Source of the DNA: Minisyncoccota bacterium
Lineage (GTDB): Bacteria > Patescibacteriota > Minisyncoccia > Phycocordibacterales > UBA9973
NCBI GenBank assembly: GCA_036517375.1
Contig: DATDWM010000018.1
Location: 9,004-73,003 of the forward strand
Direction: 5' to 3'
Length of the DNA stretch: 64,000 bases
The notes beneath the pieces were generated by a model, which worked only from the letters and a program-made list of their open reading frames with translations, did no database searches and was not told the DNA's origin. Shown piece after piece: positions 46,148-56,443 of the stretch (the first letter of the stretch is position 1; each line of letters starts with the position of its first letter). A program made the translations under genes and the position numbers.

Positions 46148-46688
46148 AAAAAAGTTAGCACTTTTGGTTCACGAGGGGAGTACTCAAACCAACCGGAAAG
46201 CAATTGAACACGCGATCAATGAAGAAAGAATAGATGCTCTGATTTCTGTGGTAGTTTCCGATATAGAAGACCCTGTACCAGTACTTGAGAGAGTCTCGCC
46301 TGACTATATATGCCTCGCTGGTTGGAAGAAAATTATACCTCTAGAAACAGTAAAGAAATATGAAGATCGAATCTTAAACATTCATCCGGGCTTAATTCCA
46401 GACACAAAAGATGGAAATGTCCTAAACCCTGACAACACGATAGCTTTATGGAACAAAGGAATGTATGGCGATAAGGCGATTCAGAACTTTCTGGATCAAA
46501 GGTCAACTTATGCTGGCTCCTCCATCCACTTTTTAACTCTTGATTTTGATTTTGGGCCGGTACTTGATAGAACATTTGAGGAAATAAAGGAAGGGGATAC
46601 AGTGGAATCTTTGTATGCTAGACTAAAGAAAAAAGAAAATGAATTATATGTAGAAGTTTTAGAAAGATTATGTCGAGATGCAAAATAA
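46128..46688 (+). CDS. purN: phosphoribosylglycinamide formyltransferase, divergent
   Basis: LAGW, LNIHP, GSSIH, FDFGPV; lies between purF and purD. Confidence 0.78.
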   Translation: MTSQKSKKKLALLVHEGSTQTNRKAIEHAINEERIDALISVVVSDIEDPVPVLERVSPDYICLAGWKKIIPLETVKKYEDRILNIHPGLIPDTKDGNVLNPDNTIALWNKGMYGDKAIQNFLDQRSTYAGSSIHFLTLDFDFGPVLDRTFEEIKEGDTVESLYARLKKKENELYVEVLERLCRDAK

Positions 46689-47970
46689 ATTAAAAATTTT
46701 AATAATTGGAGGAGGCGGTAGGGAACACGCTATTGGCTGGAAAGTAGCAAAGTCTCCTAGGGCCGGTGAAATTTTCTTCGCGCCGGGAAATGCTGGAACA
46801 GCTCAAATTGGTAAAAACATAGAGATAGTTGCTACTGATATTGCTAAACTTATAGAATTTGCTAAAAGGGAACAAATAGACCTAACTTTAGCCTTACCAG
46901 ATGACCCACTGGCTATGGGTATTGTTGACGAGTTCCAAAAGGTAGGATTACGCATCTGGGGGCCTACTAAAGCCGCCGCAGAGCTAGAATGGTCTAAGGC
47001 TTTTTCTAAAAATTTCATGGAAAAGCACAACTTGCCAACAGCTAAATTTAAAACTTTTACCCAATACGAGGAAGCTAAACAATATTTAAGTGAACAAAGT
47101 ATGCCAATAGTCATTAAGGCGAGTGGCCTGGCCCTAGGTAAGGGAGTAGTGATTTGCCAGAGCCCAGAGGAGGCACAAGCGGCTCTCGAAGACATGATGC
47201 TTAAAAAATCCTTCGGCAACGCCGGTATGGAAGTCGTGATTGAAGAATTCTTAGACGGTACTGAAATTTCAGTCCATGCATTTTCGGATGGTAAAACATT
47301 TAAAATGTTTCCGCCTTCTCAAGACCATAAAAAGATAGGTGAAGAAGATACGGGTCCTAACACTGGGGGTATCGGCACGATAAGCCCGCTACCGTTTGTG
47401 CATAGTGTTTTATTAAAAGAAATTGAAGATAAGATTGTGGCGCCTACAATTGCCGCCATGATGAAGGAAAGCAAACCATTCCAGGGAGTTATTTATCCGG
47501 GGCTAATGCTATCTCACGGTCATCTGAAAATTCTAGAGTACAATGCGCGCCTTGGAGATCCAGAAACTCAGACATATATGCGCTTACTCGAAACAGATAT
47601 TTTAGATATCTTTGACGCTTGCATAGATCAAAAATTATCAGAACTTGAAATAAAATGGAGTCACTTATCCGCATGTACCATCATTCTTACTTCGGCAGGT
47701 TATCCGGGTAACTATGAAAAGGGGGAAGTTATTACGGGCATAGAAACTGCGGAAAAGAATTCCAATGTAGTCGTATTCCATGCTGGAACGAAGTTGAATG
47801 AGAGTGGAAGTTTGGTTACAAATGGTGGGCGAGTGCTCGGGGTAAGTGCTACCGGCTCCACTCTCAAGATAGCTCTAGCCACAGCCTATGAGGCAATTTC
47901 TAAAATACATTTCGAAGGAATTTACTACCGGAGAGATATCGGTAAAAAATCCCTAACACAAAGAAAATAA
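46678..47970 (+). CDS. purD: phosphoribosylamine--glycine ligase
   Basis: GGGGREHA, GLALGKGV, QDHK, GPNTGG, EYNARLGDPE. Confidence 0.95.
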   Translation: MQNKLKILIIGGGGREHAIGWKVAKSPRAGEIFFAPGNAGTAQIGKNIEIVATDIAKLIEFAKREQIDLTLALPDDPLAMGIVDEFQKVGLRIWGPTKAAAELEWSKAFSKNFMEKHNLPTAKFKTFTQYEEAKQYLSEQSMPIVIKASGLALGKGVVICQSPEEAQAALEDMMLKKSFGNAGMEVVIEEFLDGTEISVHAFSDGKTFKMFPPSQDHKKIGEEDTGPNTGGIGTISPLPFVHSVLLKEIEDKIVAPTIAAMMKESKPFQGVIYPGLMLSHGHLKILEYNARLGDPETQTYMRLLETDILDIFDACIDQKLSELEIKWSHLSACTIILTSAGYPGNYEKGEVITGIETAEKNSNVVVFHAGTKLNESGSLVTNGGRVLGVSATGSTLKIALATAYEAISKIHFEGIYYRRDIGKKSLTQRK

Positions 47971-48009
47971 ATACTTTCCTTTATTTTTCAAAAATGATAA
48001 TATAATTTC

Positions 48010-48528
48010 ATGAAAAAGAACGTCAAGGTGGGCATCATTATGGGCTCCGATTCCGACTTAGAAGTAATGTCTGGTGCCGCCAAGGTTCTGGAGGAGTTTG
48101 GGGTAATCTATGACATGACTGTGGCTTCAGCTCATAGAGCTCCTAACTTAGTTCACGAATACGCCATGAGTGCTTCCGAGAGAGGTATGAAAATAATAAT
48201 TGCTGGTGCAGGAGGATCATTCCACCTAGGAGGAGTTCTGGCCGCGCTGAGCCCTCTACCAGTTATCGGAGTTCCAGTTAAGGCCAAGGCTCTAGAAGGA
48301 CTGGATTCACTTCTTTCGACTGTAAATATGCCTCCTGGGGTTCCAGTGGCCACGGTAGGGATAGACGCGTCTAAAAATGCAGGACTTCTAGCAGTACAAA
48401 TGCTCGCCATCGCGGACAAGTCCCTCGAAGAGAAGATGATCGCTTACAAAGCGAAGATGGAAGCAGAAAATAAAGCCAAGGGTGAGAAGCTGGAAGAAAT
48501 CGGATATAAAAAATATTTGGAGAAATAA
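48010..48528 (+). CDS. purE: N5-carboxyaminoimidazole ribonucleotide mutase
   Basis: IMGSDSD, SAHR, PVIGVPV, MPPGVPVATV. Confidence 0.94.
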   Translation: MKKNVKVGIIMGSDSDLEVMSGAAKVLEEFGVIYDMTVASAHRAPNLVHEYAMSASERGMKIIIAGAGGSFHLGGVLAALSPLPVIGVPVKAKALEGLDSLLSTVNMPPGVPVATVGIDASKNAGLLAVQMLAIADKSLEEKMIAYKAKMEAENKAKGEKLEEIGYKKYLEK

Positions 48529-48530
48529 TC

Positions 48531-49562
48531 ATGGCTGACCTTTATACAAAATCAGGAGTAAATATAAAAAAAGGAAACGAAGTTGTAAAAAGGATAAAAA
48601 GTCATGTCGCTTCCACTCACAATAGTTCCGTACTTAAAAACATTGGTAGCTTTGGTGGCTTGTATGACCTTGGAAGTATTTTAAGAAAGTATAAAAATCC
48701 TGTTTTGGTGCAGAGTATTGATGGGGTGGGTACGAAACTCTCCGTTGCAAAAATGATGAATAAGTATGAGTCGGTGGGTGAAGACATTGTGGGTCATAGC
48801 TGTGGAGATATTGTAGCTATGGGGGCACGTCCCATAACCTTTCTAGACTATGTGGCTAATGAAAAATTAGAGCCTGAAATTATGGAGCAGATGGTGCGTG
48901 GCATGTCCAAGGCTTGTCGTTTAGCAGGAGTAGCCTTGATTGGCGGAGAAACAGCTGAAATGCCTGGTACCTATATAAAAGGTGAACACGACATTGCCGG
49001 AGCAATTACTGGTATCGTAGAGAAAAATAAAATAATAACGGGAGAGAAAATAAAAGAAGGGGACATTCTTTTGGGTTTACCGTCTTCGGGATTACATACG
49101 AACGGCTTTTCATTAGCGCGTAAATTACTTTTTAAAACTGCTAAACATACTGTAAAAACAAAAATAAAAGAACTAAGCGAGACAGCAGGGGAAGCACTCC
49201 TGAAAGTACATATAAATTATACAAATCCAGTGCTAAAAGTTATCGACGCGGGAGTAGATGTACGAGGAATCGCACATATTACAGGGGGAGGATTTATTGA
49301 AAATATTCCCAGAATTCTACCGACAGGGCTCGATGCGGAAATAGAGAGAGGTTCGTGGCCCATTCTTCCAATTTTCACTTATCTACAAAAGATTGGTAAA
49401 ATTGGAGAGCGAGAAATGTACACAGTTTTCAATATGGGTATTGGGATGATTATGGTCGTACCGAGAAAAGAAAAGGTAAATCTTGAAGTGTTATTAAAAG
49501 ACCAGAATATTTTCTGGATTGGAAAAATTATTCAAGGATCAGGTAAAGTAATTTTAAATTAG
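48531..49562 (+). CDS. purM: phosphoribosylformylglycinamidine cyclo-ligase
   Basis: DGVGTK, GGETAEMP, SSGLHTNG, HITGGG, FNMGIG. Confidence 0.95.
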   Translation: MADLYTKSGVNIKKGNEVVKRIKSHVASTHNSSVLKNIGSFGGLYDLGSILRKYKNPVLVQSIDGVGTKLSVAKMMNKYESVGEDIVGHSCGDIVAMGARPITFLDYVANEKLEPEIMEQMVRGMSKACRLAGVALIGGETAEMPGTYIKGEHDIAGAITGIVEKNKIITGEKIKEGDILLGLPSSGLHTNGFSLARKLLFKTAKHTVKTKIKELSETAGEALLKVHINYTNPVLKVIDAGVDVRGIAHITGGGFIENIPRILPTGLDAEIERGSWPILPIFTYLQKIGKIGEREMYTVFNMGIGMIMVVPRKEKVNLEVLLKDQNIFWIGKIIQGSGKVILN

Positions 49563-49565
49563 TAT

Positions 49566-50525
49566 ATGAATATAGAAAAAATAAAAGAACATATCGATGA
49601 TGTTTTAGTAGAAACAAATTTTACAAACTTGGGTGAAAAGAAGGTGGGTAAGGTGCGGGATGTGTATGTAGCAAGCGACCATATTACCCTAATTTCTACT
49701 GACAGACACTCATCTTTTGACAGGAATATCGCATCCATTCCTTTTAAGGGAGAAATACTGACCCAAATTAGTCTGTTTTGGTTCGAGCAAACTAAAGACA
49801 TAATTCAAAACCACATAATATCCAATCCGGATCCAGCAGCTGTAGTGGTTAAGAAGTGCAAAGTTATACCAATTGAGATGGTAGTCAGGGGATACATTAC
49901 TGGCTCCACTAACACCTCGCTTTGGACACTTTACAAAAATGGCGAACGAAATTTCGGCAATTTTACTTTACCGGATGGCATAAAGAAGAATCAGAAGTTG
50001 ACAGAACCAGTTCTAACTCCCACAACAAAGTCAGATGAGCATGACAGACCCATCACACCAAAAGAAATTGTAGACGAAGGAATAGTTCCTGAAAATATCT
50101 GGAACGAAATGGCACAAAAAGCGAAAGACGTGTTTAAGCGAGGGCAGGAGATAGCTCTATCTCATGGACTCATACTCGTAGATACAAAGTACGAATTCGG
50201 ACTCGATGAAAATGGCAAACTTACCTTAATCGACGAAGTTCATACGCCAGACTCTTCTCGCTACTGGAAAAGTAACACTTATGATGAGAGATTCGGTCAG
50301 GGCCTCGATCCAGAGTTCTTCGACAAAGAATTCTTAAGACTCTGGTTTAAAGACAATTGTGATCCATACAATGACAAAGTGTTACCAAAAGCGCCACCAG
50401 AGCTCGTAGCTGAGCTTTCAAGGCGATATATTGAAATTTACGAAACCATAACTGGCAGAACATTTAAACATGATTTTTCCAAACCAATTCTCGAGAGGAT
50501 TACCCATAACCTAAGTAAAATATAA
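49566..50525 (+). CDS. purC: SAICAR synthetase, long form
   Basis: GKVRDVY, VVRGY, TPTTK, DTKYEFG, DEVHTPDSSRYW, DKEFLR. Confidence 0.94.
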   Translation: MNIEKIKEHIDDVLVETNFTNLGEKKVGKVRDVYVASDHITLISTDRHSSFDRNIASIPFKGEILTQISLFWFEQTKDIIQNHIISNPDPAAVVVKKCKVIPIEMVVRGYITGSTNTSLWTLYKNGERNFGNFTLPDGIKKNQKLTEPVLTPTTKSDEHDRPITPKEIVDEGIVPENIWNEMAQKAKDVFKRGQEIALSHGLILVDTKYEFGLDENGKLTLIDEVHTPDSSRYWKSNTYDERFGQGLDPEFFDKEFLRLWFKDNCDPYNDKVLPKAPPELVAELSRRYIEIYETITGRTFKHDFSKPILERITHNLSKI

Positions 50526-51886
50526 TGGAAGGCGCCATCAATCCCCTAGACGGAAGATACTTCGAGAAAACTCGAGCTCTTTCACCTTACTTTTCTGAAA
50601 AAGCATTAATGAAGTACCGAGTGCAAGTAGAGTGTGAATATTTAATTAGCTTGTCTAACTTGGGTAAAACAGGACTGCGTAAATTTACATCGAGTGATGT
50701 GAAAATTGTAAGAAATATTTATGAAAAATTCGACACGAAATCTTATAAGGAGATAAAAACGCTGGAAGCAACGACCAATCACGATGTAAAAGCAGTAGAA
50801 TATTTCATTAAAGAAAATTTAAAAAAAACATCACTTAAAGACAGCATTGAATGGGTTCATTTTGCTTTAACTTCCGAAGATACCAATAACATTGCGTATG
50901 CACTTTTACTTTCAGATGCGCTAGAACAGGCAATGGTGCCAGAAATTAAAAAAATAACTACGGAGCTTACGAGTCTGGCTAAAAAATATAAGGACTTGCC
51001 AATGCTCGCGCGTACTCATGGCCAGAGCGCAAGTCCTACAACTTTTGGTAAAGAAATGAAGGTTTTCGCGATAAGAATCGATAAAAAAATCAAGGGATTA
51101 GAAAATATGAAAATCCAAGCCAAACTAAACGGCGCAACTGGTAACTATAATGCACACATTGCAGCATACCCTCGGGTGGACTGGCTCGCTTTCAGCACTA
51201 ATTTTATTGAAAGTTTTAATAAAAAAAGATCTCAGAAACTGGAAGTTAATTTATTCACCACTCAAATAGAGTGCCACGATAGTTATGTAACGGTATTCGA
51301 CATTGTGAGACGAATAAATAACGTGCTCCTCGATTTCAACCAAGACATCTGGCGATATATTTCCGATGGTTGGGTTACACAGAAGCCTAAAGCGGGAGAA
51401 ACAGGTTCTTCGACTATGCCTCATAAAGTAAACCCGATTGATTTCGAAAATAGCGAAGGAAACCTGGGAGTGGCCAATGCGCTCTTTGAATTTTTTGCTC
51501 GCAAGTTGCCGATTTCTAGATTACAGCGAGATCTGTCGGATTCCACTGTGGAGCGCGCCTTCGGTACAGCTTTTGGTCATTCATACTTGGCCTACACTTC
51601 ACTTCTTAAAGGATTAAGTAAGGTGGGAGTCAATGAAATAAAAATTAAAGAAGATTTATTAGCCCATCCGGAAGTAATCGCGGAAGCAATCCAGACAGTT
51701 TTACGACGAGAAAATTACCCTGTGCCTTATGAAGCTCTAAAAGAGCTTACTCGCGGGAAAGAGGTGACCCTAGAAGACTTTGCTAATTTTATTGATAAAC
51801 TCAAAGTAGCACCACATATCAAACTAGAACTAAAGAAATTTACACCACTTACTTACATCGGCCTTGCATCCAAGCTCGCGTCTTAG
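50525..51886 (+). CDS. purB: adenylosuccinate lyase
   Basis: PLDGRY, TNHDVKAVEY, RTHGQ, GSSTMPHKVNP, SRLQRDLSDS. Confidence 0.95.
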   Translation: MEGAINPLDGRYFEKTRALSPYFSEKALMKYRVQVECEYLISLSNLGKTGLRKFTSSDVKIVRNIYEKFDTKSYKEIKTLEATTNHDVKAVEYFIKENLKKTSLKDSIEWVHFALTSEDTNNIAYALLLSDALEQAMVPEIKKITTELTSLAKKYKDLPMLARTHGQSASPTTFGKEMKVFAIRIDKKIKGLENMKIQAKLNGATGNYNAHIAAYPRVDWLAFSTNFIESFNKKRSQKLEVNLFTTQIECHDSYVTVFDIVRRINNVLLDFNQDIWRYISDGWVTQKPKAGETGSSTMPHKVNPIDFENSEGNLGVANALFEFFARKLPISRLQRDLSDSTVERAFGTAFGHSYLAYTSLLKGLSKVGVNEIKIKEDLLAHPEVIAEAIQTVLRRENYPVPYEALKELTRGKEVTLEDFANFIDKLKVAPHIKLELKKFTPLTYIGLASKLAS

Positions 51887-51910
51887 TTCTCTTTAAGGTA
51901 ATATAGGTAA

Positions 51911-52174
51911 ATGGTATTACGTATTTCCGCTTCAATTTTACTTATAATGAGTGTGCTTTTTATGCCGTTTTGGCTGTCTGTACTTTTGGTGCCGATATTT
52001 ATGTTTTACTTTTCAATTTTCTGGGAAGCGGTCTTGATATTCCTGCTATCAGATCTACTATACGGGACGCCCCTGGTGGGACTTTGGGGTATAACCTACA
52101 TTTCTTTCTTGAGCTCTGCTCTACTGCTTTTAGTGATAGAACTTCTAAAGAAGAAGCTGAAATTTTATAACTGA
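51911..52174 (+). CDS. small membrane protein, possibly MreD-like
   Basis: Hydrophobic 87 aa, LLSDLLYG, directly upstream of the PBP2 gene. Confidence 0.55.
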   Translation: MVLRISASILLIMSVLFMPFWLSVLLVPIFMFYFSIFWEAVLIFLLSDLLYGTPLVGLWGITYISFLSSALLLLVIELLKKKLKFYN

Positions 52175-52190
52175 TGAATATAATAAAGAT

Positions 52191-53930
52191 ATGATAGCTA
52201 GAATTTTTACAAAAAGAAAAGTACGGAGAGGAAGTTCGCTGGTGGAACCAGACGAGATTTTCCTTGATTCAACAAATTTAGAAAATTTTAACCGCCAGCA
52301 ATTCGAAGGAAGGATCGAGAAACCAATTTCCAAACGTACTATTTTATTTTTCGGATTTTTCTTTTTTGTATTTGTCCTAGTCTTCTTTGTCCAGCTGGGA
52401 TACTTACAAATAAAGGAGGGTAGTACTTACTATGCAAGAAGCGAAGACAATACTTTAGGGCAGTCTATTATCTTTGCAGATAGGGGAATAATTTATGACC
52501 GCAATAAAATCGAATTAGCTTGGAACAAGAAGGCGGAAGAAGTGCCCACTACTCTCGCGCCTGAAGAAAGACAAATTGCCATTAACGCTTTCGAAATAAG
52601 ATCCTACAAACCAGCTGGCTTTTCCCACCTCTTGGGCTATGTTAGCTATCCCGCTAAAGATAAGCTCGGAAACTACTGGCAGAATGAATTTATAGGTAAG
52701 GATGGTCTAGAGAAACAATACAATGAAATAATCAAAGGAGAGAATGGTTCTAAAATAACGGAAACAGATGCTCGGGGTAAAGTGCAATCAGAAAATATTG
52801 TGAACCCGCCAAAGAGAGGCAATGATCTAGTCACGACAGTAGACGCGCGTATTCAAGAAGAATTATTTGTTCTAATTAAAAACGCGGCGGAAAACTTTTT
52901 ATTCTCGGGTGGTTCAGGAATAATTATGGACATAACAAATGGAGAAGTTCTAACCTCTACCAGCTTCCCGGAGTACAATTCTGAAATTTTATCTTTAGGA
53001 AAAGATAGCGCAACAATTTCAAACTATTTAGAAGACAAAAGGAAGGTCTTTCTAGATCGAAACATTTCCGGCCTCTATACTCCGGGCTCAATCGTAAAAC
53101 CATTTTTAGCATTGGGTGCCTTAGCAGAGGGTATCATTGATCCATATAAGCAAATTTTATCGACTGGATCTATTTCGATACCTAATCCATATTTCCCTGA
53201 TCAAAAAACTATATTTAAAGACTGGCAAGTCAACGGCTGGACAGACATGCGAGAGGCCATAGCTGTATCGAGCGATATTTATTTCTATAGCATTGGAGGA
53301 GGATTTGAAGACCAGAAGGGTCTGGGAATTAAAAATATAGAAAAATATTCCAAGCTTTTTGGAATCGGGGAGTCCACTGGTGTAGATTTACCGGACGAAA
53401 AAGGTGGTGTAATCCCGAGCCCAGAATGGAAATTAGAGAATTTTAATGGCGACATCTGGCGTATTGGAGATACCTACCACACTGCGATCGGACAGTATGG
53501 ATTCCAGGTTACACCCATTGAGATGGCACGTGCTGGTGCCGCTATCGCAAATTCTGGCACTCTAGTGAGGCCGCATTTCGTCCTTGGAGACAAAGAAAAA
53601 GAAGAAGATACTTCGAGAGTAGATTTGCCGGTAGAGTATTTCAAAATAGTACAGGAAGGCATGCGGCAGACGGTGACCCTGGGCACCGCTTTGTCTTTAA
53701 ATGTTCCGTATGTGGAAGTGGCAGCCAAGACCGGTACGGCCCAGCTGGGACTCAGTAAAAATAGGGTGAATTCTTGGGTCATGGGCTTTTTCCCGTATGA
53801 AAATCCTCGCTATGCATTTACAATACTCATGGAGTCCGGACCTACAACGAACAGCGTTAACGCATCTTCCGTAATGCGACAACTTTTAGACTGGATGTCT
53901 TTAAATACTCCTGAATATTTTGCACAGTAG
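52191..53930 (+). CDS. mrdA: penicillin-binding protein 2 (class B)
   Basis: RGIIYDRN, GKDGLE, PGSIVK (SxxK), SSD, KTGTAQ. Confidence 0.9.
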   Translation: MIARIFTKRKVRRGSSLVEPDEIFLDSTNLENFNRQQFEGRIEKPISKRTILFFGFFFFVFVLVFFVQLGYLQIKEGSTYYARSEDNTLGQSIIFADRGIIYDRNKIELAWNKKAEEVPTTLAPEERQIAINAFEIRSYKPAGFSHLLGYVSYPAKDKLGNYWQNEFIGKDGLEKQYNEIIKGENGSKITETDARGKVQSENIVNPPKRGNDLVTTVDARIQEELFVLIKNAAENFLFSGGSGIIMDITNGEVLTSTSFPEYNSEILSLGKDSATISNYLEDKRKVFLDRNISGLYTPGSIVKPFLALGALAEGIIDPYKQILSTGSISIPNPYFPDQKTIFKDWQVNGWTDMREAIAVSSDIYFYSIGGGFEDQKGLGIKNIEKYSKLFGIGESTGVDLPDEKGGVIPSPEWKLENFNGDIWRIGDTYHTAIGQYGFQVTPIEMARAGAAIANSGTLVRPHFVLGDKEKEEDTSRVDLPVEYFKIVQEGMRQTVTLGTALSLNVPYVEVAAKTGTAQLGLSKNRVNSWVMGFFPYENPRYAFTILMESGPTTNSVNASSVMRQLLDWMSLNTPEYFAQ

Positions 53931-53934
53931 GGAA

Positions 53935-56421
53935 TTACTTTTGGGTTAAAAATTTAGCGATTGCTTTTTTATCTCTCTTGAGCCACAAAACATTTCCTTC
54001 CAACCTCTCTAGAACTTGCTCGATAGCTCGCTTGGCGCCAGGAGCATCATGCATTTGAAAAAAACGTTTAAATAAAGAAAGGTGTTTCATTTCGGAGCTA
54101 TTAGAAATTGCCTTGATGGCGCGCGCTAAGGTGTGTCCGCCATCACCGTACCTCGTAACGAGAGTCTTCCAGTTCTCCGTCACGAATTTCCACCAAATAT
54201 CTCGGCCAGCCGGATTTAGACCAACTGAAGAAATCATACTTACAGTGTCCTGAGTTCTGACGTCCTTACTCATAGCAAATTTACATACTTCTTTCAAAAT
54301 TTTAGGCTGAGAGAAGTATCCTAGAGCGTGACCAAGCCGATTCTTTTCTTCGTGTAATCTCTCCTTTTTATATTTTGCAGTAAGAATTTTATACTCTTTC
54401 ATCTCGCCATAGCAAGCGATGATCTGATAAGTAGCCGAGCGCACATCTGGTGAAATGTGTCCGCCCTTACTCATGGTAGCGAACTTTTTTCTGGCTTCTT
54501 CTATAATTTTTTTATTTCCTGCGAGTCCTGCACGGGCGATAGCGAGTGAGCGAAGTAGAGCATTAGTATGTAGTTCACCCTCTTTTTTATTCCAGCTGAG
54601 CCGCTTTACAAGCGGAGAGAATAACTCAATTACTAAATTCTGTAAATCATTCTTAGTAGGTGTTTTTGCTAGAATTTGCTCCAGACGGCTGAGCCCTGTG
54701 GCTATTTCTACCCACACTATGTAGCTATCTTCGTTTTTATAAGCGGACAGAAATTCCAGGGCGTCAGTAGTGGAAATGGTACCTGATTCTGCTAGGGCAA
54801 AAAGATCCCTAATTATTCCCAAGCGGTCCGGAGCAGAAAGTGTTTTATCTTGGACCGGAGAATAAAGTTTTTCCAATAATTCTTTTGAGTACTCTGTTCT
54901 AAAAAATCCGCTTTCTCCATAATTTACTTTATTTTTTTTGAAAGTAATAGGAATTACCCACTTGGTCTTATCCTTCGCTTTCTTTTTTGAAATTGGATTT
55001 GCAAAGAATCTACTTTGCGAAAAAGTAACCTTTCCTTTTATCATCTCTGCGCGAACGAGCGGATAGCCTGGCTTAGACGTCCAGTTGCGCATCATTTTTT
55101 CTACTGGCTTACGAGAGACTTTTTCAAAGGACTGCCAAAGATGCAGGGTTTCAGTGTTTTTATAACTATGTTTCTTTAAATAATGCCTTAAGCCGTCTCG
55201 GAAGTCCGCCTCTCCCAGATAGTCCGCCAACATTCGGACAACGGAAGCTCCTTTAGAATATGAAACTTCATCGAATATTTCACCTATTTCGTCCGGATGG
55301 TGTACTTCTACTTCTATGGGATGCGTATTCTTAAGTGCATCAAGCCGGAGTGCAATGCCCTGGGTGTCGGTGGTAAAGCGCTCCCAAATATTCCATTTCG
55401 GAAATAATTTACTAATAACCAAGTAGGGAATATAAGAAGCAAAGCCTTCATTCAACCACAAGTGTGTCCACCATTCCATAGTTACCAAATTACCGAACCA
55501 TTGATGTGCCAATTCATGCGCGATAACTTCAGCGATCAACTCCTTGGAGCCAGTGGATGTATTCTGCTCATCAACTAGAAGCCCCACCTCGCGGAAAGTA
55601 ATAGCGCCCCAATTTTCCATGGCGAGAGATTGAAAGTCCGGGATAGCGATCATATCTAAAGTATCAAGAGGGTATGGAATATCGAAATATTTTTCATAAA
55701 ATTCAAGTGTACGCACAGTAACACCGAGTGCAAATTTGGCTTGATGAACCTTACCTGGAATCGTGTAGACGCGGACAATGACGCCTCGATTCGACTTACG
55801 TTCAATGTATTCAAAGTCTCCCACAATGAAAGCCAGCAGATAAGTCGACATTTTAGGAGTAGGGTGGAATTTTATAATTTGGAACCCGGATTCATGTTCC
55901 GCCACCGAAGCAGGTAGCGTATTCGATATAGCTGTTTTACCGTGAGGTACAATAAGAGAAACGTGGAATACGGCTTTTTGAGCTGGCTCATCAAAACATG
56001 GAAAGGCCCTGCGTGCGTCGGTGGCTTCGAACTGGGTGGTAGCTATGTGGTGCACTGTTTCTCCAATTTTGTATTGGCTTTTATAAAAGCCACGCATTTT
56101 ATCATTCAGTATTCCCTTGAAAACAAGCGTTAGCTCCAATTTTCCCTTCGGTATTAATTTCGGAAATAAGAAAGTTGCTGTTTCCTTCTTTTCATTGTAA
56201 GAAATTTTTGCGAACACCTTTTCCTTAGCAATCAAAATACTGGCTGTTTCTATTTCTAATTCTTTCGAGTGAAGAGTGAGGTAGGAAGAGCTTTTTAAAA
56301 GTGAAAGGGATATAGTTTCAATTCCCTCAAAAGTGAAATTTTCTAGGTCTGGCTTTAGCTCGATCTTGTATTCTACTGGAACGACACTGCTAGGCAGGCG
56401 AACGTCATTTTTCTTTTGCAT
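53935..56421 (-). CDS. pepN: M1 family aminopeptidase
   Basis: TQFE, FPCFDEP, AMENWG, HELAHQW..NEG, YSKG. Confidence 0.92.
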   Translation of the reverse strand: MQKKNDVRLPSSVVPVEYKIELKPDLENFTFEGIETISLSLLKSSSYLTLHSKELEIETASILIAKEKVFAKISYNEKKETATFLFPKLIPKGKLELTLVFKGILNDKMRGFYKSQYKIGETVHHIATTQFEATDARRAFPCFDEPAQKAVFHVSLIVPHGKTAISNTLPASVAEHESGFQIIKFHPTPKMSTYLLAFIVGDFEYIERKSNRGVIVRVYTIPGKVHQAKFALGVTVRTLEFYEKYFDIPYPLDTLDMIAIPDFQSLAMENWGAITFREVGLLVDEQNTSTGSKELIAEVIAHELAHQWFGNLVTMEWWTHLWLNEGFASYIPYLVISKLFPKWNIWERFTTDTQGIALRLDALKNTHPIEVEVHHPDEIGEIFDEVSYSKGASVVRMLADYLGEADFRDGLRHYLKKHSYKNTETLHLWQSFEKVSRKPVEKMMRNWTSKPGYPLVRAEMIKGKVTFSQSRFFANPISKKKAKDKTKWVIPITFKKNKVNYGESGFFRTEYSKELLEKLYSPVQDKTLSAPDRLGIIRDLFALAESGTISTTDALEFLSAYKNEDSYIVWVEIATGLSRLEQILAKTPTKNDLQNLVIELFSPLVKRLSWNKKEGELHTNALLRSLAIARAGLAGNKKIIEEARKKFATMSKGGHISPDVRSATYQIIACYGEMKEYKILTAKYKKERLHEEKNRLGHALGYFSQPKILKEVCKFAMSKDVRTQDTVSMISSVGLNPAGRDIWWKFVTENWKTLVTRYGDGGHTLARAIKAISNSSEMKHLSLFKRFFQMHDAPGAKRAIEQVLERLEGNVLWLKRDKKAIAKFLTQK

Positions 56422-56443
56422 AAAGAAATGTTAGCATATAACC
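56422..56443. promoter_or_regulatory. overlapping bidirectional extended -10 promoters (pepN/scpA)
   Basis: Plus TG-t-TAGCAT-6 nt-GTG; minus TG-c-TAACAT-6 nt-ATG, all within 22 bp. Confidence 0.65.
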
